A stretch of DNA of 63,361 bases, counting the filler, from Licmophora abbreviata (taxonomy: Eukaryota): NCBI GenBank assembly GCA_900291995.1. It is 19 parts of 19 records of this genome, joined end to end, with 100 filler letters (N's around TTAATTAATTAA, not from the genome) between each part and the next. Parts side by side here need not be neighbours in the genome. Positions count along the whole stretch, not along the records: positions 10,361 to 11,393 come from OLMU01005372.1; positions 11,494 to 21,488 come from OLMU01005373.1; 17 more parts are not named here. The stretch is one strand, 5' to 3'. Positions within the stretch are counted from its first letter, which is position 1; every line of letters starts with the position of its first letter. The position numbers were made by a program, and so were the translations under genes. The notes beneath the pieces were generated by a model. That model saw only the letters and a list, made by a program, of their open reading frames with translations. It made no database searches and was not told the origin of the DNA. Below are positions 10,521-21,011 of the stretch, in pieces.

Positions 10521-11576
10521 ATGCCTCTCGTCTCTCAATTCATCGTTTCTTGGGGGCTGTGGAGTAGTATTGTCTTTTGGGGGGTGCCATCAGGCTCTGC
10601 GGCCTTTGTCCTATTTGGAACTCCGAAGCATGCCGCTTATGACAGACGTCTGTTTCTGTCGTCGTCCGCCGAGACTCCCCCGACAGCAGCGCAGATGAGA
10701 CTCAAGGATATTCAAGCCGAACTACGAGATCTTGATGCCGATTACAAAGATTGTTTCGACAAGGAAAGTTTAGTGCAACGCTTGATACAAGCGCGCCAAG
10801 AGAAAAGTCAAACATCCGAAAGCGTCGACGATGATAGAAGTAGCAGTGCAAGTGACGATGACTCTGCAAACACAGAGGCAGCATCCAATACCGAATCATC
10901 ACCCTCCACTCCCTCGCAGACCTCCTCTTCCTTATTCGATCGAGATCTCTCGCTGCAAGAACTTCGATCCAAGCGTGTTTCGGAACTTCGCCAAGAGTGT
11001 TCGACACGCAAGATTCGCTGGGCAAACTTTGTGGAAAAGGAAGACATGGTCCGAGCAATCGTGGATCACATGGAACTTGCTAGTGACTTTTCAGTCAACA
11101 TTACTCCTGGTCATGTGGCGGATCTCTCTGGGACGCAGTTGGAAGAAGAGTTATCGACGCCTCACACTACCCCACTGTTGTTGGATATCTACGCTACGTG
11201 GTGCGGGCCGTGTCAAATGTTCGCGGGGGAACTGAAAGGTGCTGCAGAGGAATTCCAGTCGCGTGTCCGTGTAGGCAAGCTCGATTCCGATCAGAACCCA
11301 GATTGGGCCAGTCGACTTGGTGCTGCGGGCTTGCCGACGGTTGTCTTGTTTGATGCGAATGGAACAGAAGTACGGCGAATCGAAGGGGCCATGNNNNNNN
11401 NNNNNNNNNNNNNNNNNNNNNNNNNNNNNNNNNNNNNTTAATTAATTAANNNNNNNNNNNNNNNNNNNNNNNNNNNNNNNNNNNNNNNNNNNNATGCGAA
11501 TGGAACAGAAGTACGGCGAATCGAAGGGGCCATGCGTAAAGAGCAGGTGATAGAGTTCGTCGAGTCGGTAATATAG
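10521..11576 (+). CDS. Plastid-targeted thioredoxin (WCGPC) with two N-terminal SAP/HeH-like repeats; spans a gap
   Basis: DIYATWCGPC and GLPT motifs. Sequence after the gap overlaps the pre-gap end and completes GAMRKEQVIEFVESVI* (stop 11574-11576). Confidence 0.85.
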
Positions 11577-11943
11577 GACTTTTGAAGGGCAAGTGCTCTA
11601 CATGTAAGTCTAAAATTGTTTCGTGGAAGGGATAGTACCCGGGGGGGGGGTTAACAGGTAGAGCTAGCTAGAGATTACTCGGCCTTTGCAGTTCGTGTCT
11701 GTGCCGGCGGGATCGCGGCGTCTGAGTGCGCCGGGCGCGTTCGAGATCTTTGCGTCGTTGATGTCAAAAGAAAAAGGATACACGATAGTGTCGAGTGTGC
11801 CGTCTTTGTCGTCACTTTTGTGAAAGCCGACTCGTTTGAAGCATACACTGCACCTTACAACAGTGGGGCTGCTCCTGGTCGTTCCCAGCGCCTCTCGTTG
11901 ATCCTGCGAGTTCTCTGCACCCTACAAAGTAGTCTACCGCCTC

Positions 11944-13699
11944 ATGCCTCTCGGGATCTCGCTCGGTACGTCAGTCAGCGCGCTCCAACGCGTGCTCTTA
12001 TTTGCTTCCATCTCTCTTACAAGAAGCTTAAATTTCGTTCTCTTGTCGTACAGCCTCCACTGTCTTTCAGGCTGGGTCACAGCTGGAAGGCTCTGTCTTC
12101 TTTGAAATCAACAAGGAATGTTCGGCCAAGGAACTGATCGCCGTTCTGGAGGGCTACGAAAAGACCCGCGTCGAGTACGAAGAGGGCACGGGGGACGACC
12201 GTCGCACCCGCACCGCGGACTCCAGGCGACGACTCGTGCAGATGAGCATTCCTCTTAATCATCAGAGCATGATTGATCCAATCCATCACAAGGTCCAACC
12301 TGGCAAGTATCTAACCAACTTTCAAATTGACCTACCGGATGGCCTCCCATCCTCCATGGAGGGGTCTGGGCGGTCCTTTGCAGATCGCTGTAGTATTTAC
12401 TATGAGATACGTGCACAGCTCAAAGGAAGTGGATGGGTGTCAGACTACAAGGCAAGCGAGTCTGTCACGATTGTGGCAAAGCCCCTTCAGAAGGAAGCGG
12501 CGCCCTATCGAGGAGAGCCGGTGCGGGAATCTGTTCGAACATGCTGTTGCTGGAATCGAGGGTACATTGTGTTTGGAGCACGTGTCGACGACACCATGTT
12601 GGATAAGGGAGAAGCTGTGAGAGTGAGCATGTCTTGTAGGAATCACACTGGGGTAAAAGTGACCGCCCTTCAAGCTACTCTGGTGGAAACACTGCAGTGG
12701 TCCGCCCAGAGCAAGCGTGAGCATCGGACGCGCACTCTGGCGACCGTTCAATTTCCTCGCTTCTCCGATCTGGTGGAGGCAACTCCGTCTGCTGTGGATA
12801 ATTTGAGCAATCATCAGCAAGACCTTCAGAACATTCAAAGAGAACTGGAGAATGCAACGCACTCTGGAACCATTGTCATGCCAACGGTATGTGATAGCTT
12901 CGTGATATTGTGGCGTTCAATTCATGCTCTTGATTTCGATACCTTGACTTACAATAAGCGCTCTTTCATTCAATTTGTCATTCCTCCATTGAACAAGGAC
13001 GCTCACGATACGTTTGAAGGCAAACTCATTTCCTGTCGGCATTCTATCCGGGTCATTGTAGAGACAGGGTGTTGTGTGGACAATCCCGAGATTGATATTC
13101 CCATTCAGGCGGGGCCAGTCGCGATTCATGGACAACCCTCCCAGTCGCCTGCGCAAGTGCCTCCCGAAGCTTTTGCAAATGGCTCCTCAGTTTCCAATCC
13201 CATCATTATGACTTCATCAACGCCTACTGTGCTCGGAGGATCGCCGTATGACACGAGTGGTGGGGATGATGACGAGCAGGATCTGTTGATTCCACCCTTT
13301 GACCCGCCTCCTCCGTCCATGGCTCGCCTCTTAAAGGAATTGGATGAATCCATCAGTGACTATGACCTAATAGCAGAACGGGTGAATGATCGGGATTGGA
13401 ATACCATCTTTGAAGGCATGTCACCAGCTGAGTACGGCAAGATCATCAAAATGGTCGATCTCGACTTTGATCAGCCCAAGATGGCAGAATGCATGGCACC
13501 GGCGATCGGTTCCAAGTTCACTTGTGACTACTGTGTTGCCGCCGTTCGGAGCGCCTCGGACTTCAATCGATCATCTATAGTAGAGAAGGTCCTGCCTTTC
13601 ATTGTCGATCTATCCACGAATAAGGGGAAGATTCTTTCCGAGTTGAGTGACTGGGAAAAGACAGTGACTGAACGCGCCTTTGCCAATGCAATGAAATGA
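11944..13699 (+). CDS. Alpha-arrestin-like protein, 3 exons
   Basis: ATG 11944; introns 11966-12053 and 12887-12997 (in-frame, 111 nt). Motifs FQAGSQLEGSV, FQIDLPDGLPSSMEG, IYYEIRA, TFEGKLISCRHSIRV and IDIPI. Confidence 0.8.
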
Positions 13700-13936
13700 G
13701 CGACTTGTCCTGATCTGGATCAATCTTTAAGCTACAAGCGGAGCAGTCTCATGCCTGTTTATCTGTACTTGATGCCAGCTACCGCTCTCATCGTTATGAT
13801 GACTAACTTATCTTGTTAGGTATCGTAAACCGAAAGTACAAAAGTAATATTGACGCAAGCAAGACTACGGTAATAGTCTGGAGGTTGCGGCAGGAACAGT
13901 TTCATGAAGTCACATGTCACAATATGTATTACAAAA

Positions 13937-15838
13937 TTATGCAGGTGTGACCTCCAGTAGAGATATGAATGGATTGTCCACGGAACCTTTTCGGATGATG
14001 ATAGGTATCAGTCCGTCCATCGGCTCAACATTGTAAAAGTACAAATTGAATGCCGACAGACATTTTCGTCCGGCCCCTTCGAACACATCCACATCCCTTT
14101 GAAAGATGGTGCCAACCTGAACGTCGAACATCCGCATGCCGGTCTTACAGTTACTCAGATATGTCTCTGCGAAGCCAAGCATAACGTTGTATCTTCCATT
14201 CGGATTCAGCTTGTCGACTGCGTACGCGATTCTTTCTATCGACCACAGGTTGCTTCGGTATGCCGCATCTGAGGAAGTGTTCAATATGCTTTCGCCATTC
14301 CCTTTGGAAGGATTCGTGGTACCGGAGAGTCTGCTTTGATCTACAACATCATATCCATTAGTAGGATCATCTGAACCGAAACTTATCTTGAGTGGGAGTG
14401 ATCGATATTCCCCCGACGGCGCTTCCTCAGAGACCTCAATCAGCGACATCATCGGATTGTCGACTCCGCCAGCAAGGGCTTCAATCCTCAATTCGCCATT
14501 CTGCGATGGACTGACATCTGAAAAGAAGATATTGTCTGCTGTTTTACATCCTACTCTGGAAAATACGTCGATATCAGTCTCCGACTTGTTTCCAACCTTG
14601 AGCTGAAATATCCGCCGATCTTCGAAACAGTTGCCAGTGTACGATTCTGCCAGTCCAACTTTCACTTGATACCTTTTAGACGGATCGACTTTCAGCCTGT
14701 ATCCGACAACTCCGTTGAAGGAGTACATATGACTGGAGTACGCATTGTCATTGTTGGTCCCTTTAATGTCTTCTTCCTCAGAGAACATTTCGATATTCGT
14801 TCCTAGCAATTTTCCTTCCTTGGGCGCGCTGTAACCACTGACCGATCCGCCACCGAAGCTGATCTTAAGTGGCACAGAGTCCGGACTGTTGTCTATTCCT
14901 GGGGTAGGTGAAGGCGTGGGTTCGGGTGTTGGGCTGGGCGTCTCCTCCGGCTCCCAGTTTTCGTCTTCGTTCGAGACCTCGAGTAATGCCATGAACGGAT
15001 TCTCGGCGTCACCTTTTCTAGCCATAATGACAAGGTTTCCAGAAGCGTCAGGGACCACATTTCGAAAGACCAGGTCGTGAGCAAACGCACATTTGTTCCC
15101 TGCGAGCTCGAAAGCGTTGACACCAATCTTAGACTTGTTTTCTCCAATAAATAAATCGAAGACTCGCCCGTTGTCCCTGCATGCGTTGCCATAGGACTCA
15201 GCCAGGCCGATTCTTACAATGTATTGGCCGTCAGGATTGACAGGAACTCTGTAGCCAAAGTCGTTAAAGGACCAGATGTGGCTTGCGTATGCCTGATTGG
15301 ACGAAGTTCCCCCAATATCCATACCTACGCCATTAAAACTGAAGGGGTCTCCTATCATGAGGCCTGCTTCAGCTTCTAAATAGCCGTCGACCGCGCCTGA
15401 GCCGAAACTGACCTTTGCGACGGTTTCGCCTGGTACTTCAAAGTTCCATCTTGGACCGATGTGGCCACAACCCTGAATCCCTATGTCTGTTCTTCCTGGA
15501 CAGCTGTGCTCGTCCCCTGCGTCGTTGGGCGGTCCATTTCCACACTGGATATCGTTGTAGACGGGTCTACCTGCACGTCCAGGTCCAGGGCCGAGTAGCT
15601 CGCAAACCTCTTTTACAGTCATCCATCCCAACGGAGTTTCCACGTGAAATATGCCGATGTTGTGGTCGTAAGTTGTGTCGCAGTAGCAGTTATTTCCGAT
15701 ACTGTAACTGTCAAACCAGCCTGGGCCAGGCTGAACCCCTTCGATGTCCAGGACGACGCGAATGTCTGGATGTTGCGCCGTACAGCGTACAGCGACAAGC
15801 GTCGTCAGAAATGCAAGCCGAAGCCGTGAGGGCCTCAT
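13937..15838 (-). CDS. Secreted six-Cys domain + 3 malectin-like domains
   Basis: Signal peptide, six-Cys domain at ~15440-15718, then three repeats of SFG...AYxSHxWS...YxVxxGxAExY..C...RxFD...DVF..AG.C...NPFxxLLEV, with a PTPEPTP linker after the first. Confidence 0.85.
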   Translation of the reverse strand: MRPSRLRLAFLTTLVAVRCTAQHPDIRVVLDIEGVQPGPGWFDSYSIGNNCYCDTTYDHNIGIFHVETPLGWMTVKEVCELLGPGPGRAGRPVYNDIQCGNGPPNDAGDEHSCPGRTDIGIQGCGHIGPRWNFEVPGETVAKVSFGSGAVDGYLEAEAGLMIGDPFSFNGVGMDIGGTSSNQAYASHIWSFNDFGYRVPVNPDGQYIVRIGLAESYGNACRDNGRVFDLFIGENKSKIGVNAFELAGNKCAFAHDLVFRNVVPDASGNLVIMARKGDAENPFMALLEVSNEDENWEPEETPSPTPEPTPSPTPGIDNSPDSVPLKISFGGGSVSGYSAPKEGKLLGTNIEMFSEEEDIKGTNNDNAYSSHMYSFNGVVGYRLKVDPSKRYQVKVGLAESYTGNCFEDRRIFQLKVGNKSETDIDVFSRVGCKTADNIFFSDVSPSQNGELRIEALAGGVDNPMMSLIEVSEEAPSGEYRSLPLKISFGSDDPTNGYDVVDQSRLSGTTNPSKGNGESILNTSSDAAYRSNLWSIERIAYAVDKLNPNGRYNVMLGFAETYLSNCKTGMRMFDVQVGTIFQRDVDVFEGAGRKCLSAFNLYFYNVEPMDGLIPIIIRKGSVDNPFISLLEVTPA

Positions 15839-16490
15839 TGTCGTGGTCTCTCTGTCGATTCTCCCTCCTTGGCTGCGTTTATGTTGGGCTAATAGGGTGG
15901 CAATGGCCTTGTTTTTCGTTGTCGTTGTTCACTGTTCTTGTGTTTTCTTGTGACCGCGTGTTTTGACAAATTCGGGACTGAGATTTTCCCTAAGCCCCAC
16001 AGACACGCGTGACCTATCAGACTGTCCTGTTTCTGTGTAGCAGTTAAATGTTTGTCTTTTTGATACATTCTACTTAAACCATTCGGATGGTCGTGAGCAT
16101 TCTGAATCGATCCCATCCGGACAATCATGCTCAGAAATACGCCCTCTCACTTTTACCAATATGCCCCCGCCGCGGTATCGGTACCTTCAACTCGGGAGGG
16201 ACTGTGACTCTACAGTCCATACTTCTACCTTTACGGCAAGTGCAGTACTCTGCTAAGGCATGCTAGAAGACAACGTAACATTCTATCGCGCGCTGACGTG
16301 GTGCGACATACGATCGTACGACGAATGAGAGATGAGAGGCATACCATAAACTACGATAGGGTAGTCACAGCAATATCTTACAATTCTGTAAGCAACCGGC
16401 AAAGTGCCTCCAGCACACATCGTAGACTAGCAAATTCTGAGCATAGGTAAGCTTCAAGAAACATTAAATCTAGTGTAAATATGAATTGTG

Positions 16491-19370
16491 CTATGATGCC
16501 AAGGAAACTTCCAAAAGTGACATGAATGCGTTGTCAGATTCTCCCCTGTAAACCGCGACTTCGAGCGATCCTGAACCCAGCGGCTTCACGTTTTGAAACA
16601 CCATATCATAGGCAGTCTTACAGCCGGCCTCCTTGAACACGTCAATACCAGTTACAACGATTTCATCTCCCACACGAAGGTCGAAAACCCGCTTCCCCAC
16701 ATTACAGTTTGGATTGTATGACTCTGCAAATCCAACCTTAACGTCGTATGTTCTGGCTGGGTCGAGGATCATCTCGTAGCCTGCCTTCCCATCAGACCAC
16801 ATGTGGGAAGCGTAAGCACCTGCCACACTGGCGCCATTGATGGAAATTCCATACCCTTCAAAAAACTTGACTTCGCCCGTGATACTTAGCTGTTCTGCCA
16901 ATGAATAATCGCCCACTAGTTCCTCGTCTCGACCAAACTGAACTTTGACAATGGGCTCACTGAGAATTGGTACGCTGCTAGGCATTGTTGTTGGTACGTA
17001 CGTTGGGAAGTGGGATGGATCGCTGGAAGACATTGAGGGTGCAAATGACGGGACCATTGTTGTCGTTTCACTTGAGCCCGAAGCAAAAGAGACCTCCACG
17101 CCAGACATGAATGGATTGTCTGCCTCAGGTAGCTTAAGTCCCGTGATTTCCAGCTTTCCAGACAAGTTTGCCTTAACGTTTGTGAACACAATGTCGTGGG
17201 CTGTCTCGCATCCTGCCTCCTTGAATACATCGACATTCTCCCGTAATTGATCCCCCACAACGAGATTGAAGACGCGCTGCCCAACAAAACAGTTCGGTGT
17301 GAATGACTCGGCGACCAGAACCTTGACAGTATACTCTCGCGACGCATCAACCTGAAGAGAGTACGTCAGTGATTCCCAGGACCACACATGACTTGCGTAC
17401 ATATTCTCCACTCCCGACTGAGCTATTTGTACTCCTTCGCCTCCAAAGCGATTGATACCTGGGTTTCCAGTGAGACTGCCCGATTCGGTGCCGTCAAACC
17501 CTTCGATGACTGCTCCGCCAAAACTGACTCGAGCGAGAATGTTGTCGCTGAAACCTGCGATTGGAAGAGCCGAAGGGGGCGCCGGCGTCGAGGTGGGAGC
17601 ACTTGAAGGTGACATGGGCCCCGACCCGGAGATGCTATGCGTCACCTCTAGGAGCGCAATATAGGGATTCTCTACCTCTCCCTTGGTCACATTGACAAGA
17701 AGCACGCCCGAGCTGTCTGCTTGTACGTCATAAAACACGACATCGTGTGCTGTCTTGCAACCCGCTTCCTTCCAGATGTCGACATTCTCCATCATTGGTT
17801 TGTTGCCCACTTTGACGTTGAAGAGACGCCTACCCTGTCCGCAATTGGGCTCATAAGTCTCCGCAAAGCCAAGCCGGACGTCGTACGCCGTGGATGGCTC
17901 CAGATCCATCGAGTAAGCTATGTAAGTATGTGACCACATATGGCTTGCATACGCTGCGCGCTCGGTCGTCCCTTGGATAACAACTCCTCCACCAATGGAT
18001 GACAAGAGCGTACCCCCCGTTGTGATTGAACCGAGGTTGGGATCGTCATACTCCTCGACAGGAGACTTAGCGCCGAACTGGACCTTAACAACAGGAAGGC
18101 CGCTCGCACTCGAACCGGACGGCGACCGTGAAGGAGCTTCCGAGGCTGGCACCAAAGGGGTCCGCGTGGGACTTTCTGATTCACTTTGTGAAGGAGCTCC
18201 AGTGTTTGGAATGAATCCTTCAGACGAGGGTGGCAGACCCATGACTTCCAATGTCGAAATGAACGGATTATCTTGATCTGTCCTGGTCAATCTTATCGTG
18301 AGATTGCCCGATGCCGCAGGCCGGACGTAGGAAAACTGAATGTTGTAAGCGGTCTTGCATCCCGCCTCCTTGAACACATCAATATCATTCCGGCTCTGCG
18401 ACCCTACTTCCAAGTTGAAGACTCGTTTGCCAACATTGCAGTTAGGCTCGTAGGATTCGGCGAATCCGGCGGTAACGGTGTACTCTCTCTGCGGGTCAAG
18501 GACGAGTGTGTAGACAATTTCTTCAAACGACCACGAATGGCTTGAGTACGCTTCAAGGCGGTGGTCATGCCGATTTCTTCGTTACTGCCGCCGTAGTTTC
18601 TCACTGCGCCCTCTAGGAGACCAGCCTCATCTGGAGTTTGGAATCCAACGATGGGGGTTGTCTTTCCAAAATTAACTAGAATAGGAGGCTCAAAGAAGCC
18701 CCCTGACTCGATTGGTGGACCGAAGGTTGGCTCGGGAGTGGGCGATGCGGTCGGCTGTGCGGTCGGATCCGATGTAGGTTGAGGCGTGGGACTTGCAGTC
18801 ACATTCAAAAATGGAGCAAAGTTCCATCGGGGGCCAATGTGGCCGCATCCTTCGGGTCCCATGTCAACTCTACCTGGGCAAGTGTGCTCGTCGCCTATTA
18901 CGATAATTAGAAATGCCAAGGTCGCATATGAGTCGAGTCTCTCTGCAAAAGGACATCCAAACACTCTTTCACCCCACACATTATACAGTCTGTATCTGCA
19001 TACTACAGTAGCACTCACCTGCATCATTGGGCGGTCCGTTTCCACATTGCACATCATTGTAGAGGGGCCGTCCTTCCATCCCTGGTCCGGGTCCTAGCTT
19101 CTCACAAAGTTGTGGTAAAGTCATCCAGCCAAGTGGTGTTTCAACCCAAAAGTTGACCAGTCCATGATCGAACGTCGAGAAGCTGCAGAAACAGCTATCA
19201 CCGATGCTGTAACTGTCGGCCCATGACAGTCCACCCGGATTCGCCTCTCCAGTCACTGGTAATATAACAAGAGTATCATCCTCTAAGACTTCTGATATCA
19301 CCATGGACGCCAGACAAAGAGTGAGCAGCAGCTGTATTCGGGTGCACAAGGACGGCATCCTGTCGCTCAT
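16491..19370 (-). CDS. Secreted six-Cys domain + 4 malectin-like domains (1 intron, 1 apparent frameshift)
   Basis: Exon 1 is 19370-19019; intron 18895-19018 rejoins AG|DEHTCPGR. A missing base near 18558 shifts the frame; the other frame reads LEAYSSHSWSFEEIVY...GFAESYEPNC and continues into ORF 16491-18413. Confidence 0.8.
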
Positions 19371-19928
19371 TTTCGTGACTTGTTTGTGGACGTGGTCAGT
19401 AGGCTCAGTAGCATGGTATGCCTGTTAGGGCCTTGAGTGTGATCCCCAGAGCGCTTTAGGGGCTAGACCTGACTCAATGAGGGGGCAGTAGGGCGATTGA
19501 TCACTTTGTGAACGACCGGGACTAATTGAGGGACGATCCGCTTGGGAATTATGCTTTAGATGTCATAGTTGATGACGGACATAGGGGTTGGCCTATGATA
19601 AAACCAGAATGACCGCCCGGCTTTAAATGTATCATGCATATACATCTATGCATGGTATGATCTGAGTCATTGGTAGCTAAATAAGATAATATCAGAAGTT
19701 GCGATGGTCGTGATGACAAAACTCTGGAGCAAGAACGAAAAAAAAGAGTGGAAACCTCGAGCCCGCCCCGACACACAAACCCAAGTTTCAAGTTGAAAGT
19801 TGATGCAAGATGAGACCCTGTTCCCTCGAGACGAGCACACAGCAGCAGTCCGATGAGGACTGTTAGGGAGAACTATCTGCAGTCCTTCTCCTCTATCGTG
19901 AACTGATTCCTCGGTACAGAGCTGTTAG

Positions 19929-20831
19929 ATGCGGTGTCAAGGTTTTGCCGTCGGCGTAGCGTTTCTATACTTGTACTACGACGTCGGTAGTCCGAAGCAA
20001 GTCCTGTTCTTCGCCACTGCACTCTCTACCGCCTCCAGGGGCCAAAGAAAGCACCGCAGGCTCAAGAACGAAGGTCGTTCCCGACGCATCGACGTCCTGC
20101 GCGACCGACAAAAGGAGGCCTCGCTCAGTAGCCCTGAGGCACTTGAACTCGAGGCGCTGCGGAACAAGGGAGACCCGTTCGACGCCAGTCTCTTTGATGC
20201 CGACCACGCGGCCTTCAAGGCTAGTCACAATCGCGCCTTTGCTCAACTCGCTACTTACAGCAGTTCTGCTCGAAACAATCACGGATTCCACCCTGTCATC
20301 TATCTCGATGGCAAGGATGGAGCTACGACTCAAGCGCTCTTGGAGGCCGGTTTCGACCGAGATGGTGAACTTTTCGTCGTGAACGAGTGGAAGGATACTG
20401 TGGAGGAACTGAGAGCGAAGTATCTTCTTTCCGAGAGTCACTGTATACATGGTCGAATGGAACATCTTTTGCCGCAGCTGTCACACATTCCTTTTTGCGC
20501 TGCATACCTCGATGGCTGCAATGGGGATCCAAAAGCCATCATTGCGATGATTCAGTCTCTGCTATTGCATGCGCCACCCGACGGCGAAACGACGCCTGTC
20601 ACGGTGGACCGACTCGTGATAGGCTTTACGTTGACGAATGCAGAACCATCGGGCCGTGACTTGCTGGATCGTATTCAGGATGTGACTAGGGCAACCTTGG
20701 CGCTCGCCAGACGGAGTGGGTACAGGAGCATGTGTCACGTAGGCGATGATCCTACCCGGTTTGGCGTTGACCCGATGCTGATCCGGAAGCATGACGAGAC
20801 TAGTACCTCTTGGTTGGTTTTGACGACGTGA
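19929..20831 (+). CDS. Hypothetical protein, possibly with a class I SAM-dependent methyltransferase-like fold and a targeting presequence
   Basis: VIYLDGKDGATT...LFVVN...AAYLDGC...IGFTLT pattern of alternating beta and alpha elements. Confidence 0.45.
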   Translation: MRCQGFAVGVAFLYLYYDVGSPKQVLFFATALSTASRGQRKHRRLKNEGRSRRIDVLRDRQKEASLSSPEALELEALRNKGDPFDASLFDADHAAFKASHNRAFAQLATYSSSARNNHGFHPVIYLDGKDGATTQALLEAGFDRDGELFVVNEWKDTVEELRAKYLLSESHCIHGRMEHLLPQLSHIPFCAAYLDGCNGDPKAIIAMIQSLLLHAPPDGETTPVTVDRLVIGFTLTNAEPSGRDLLDRIQDVTRATLALARRSGYRSMCHVGDDPTRFGVDPMLIRKHDETSTSWLVLTT

Positions 20832-21011
20832 TCATGTGTGATGTACGACAGTTCATAACACACGACAAGCGAATCTTAAACTGATAACTTGTGTCTTATG
20901 AGCACTACTAGTACGATAAACTTCATTTCATTTTCACTTCAATGAGCTGCTCGGAAACTTCGCCTCTCAGCCTTTCCGGCGCTCTAAATGTCCCCTCTGT
21001 TCCCCGTCACA

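Noticed and set aside
11353..11534. 41-nt direct repeat around the gap in the thioredoxin gene (and a similar one at 43865-43996)
   Set aside because: Unmerged contig overlap; merging the copies restores a normal reading frame.
13937..19370. Bacterial contamination as the source of the malectin genes
   Set aside because: One gene has a canonical spliceosomal intron, and both sit on a gap-free contig with the intron-containing arrestin gene.
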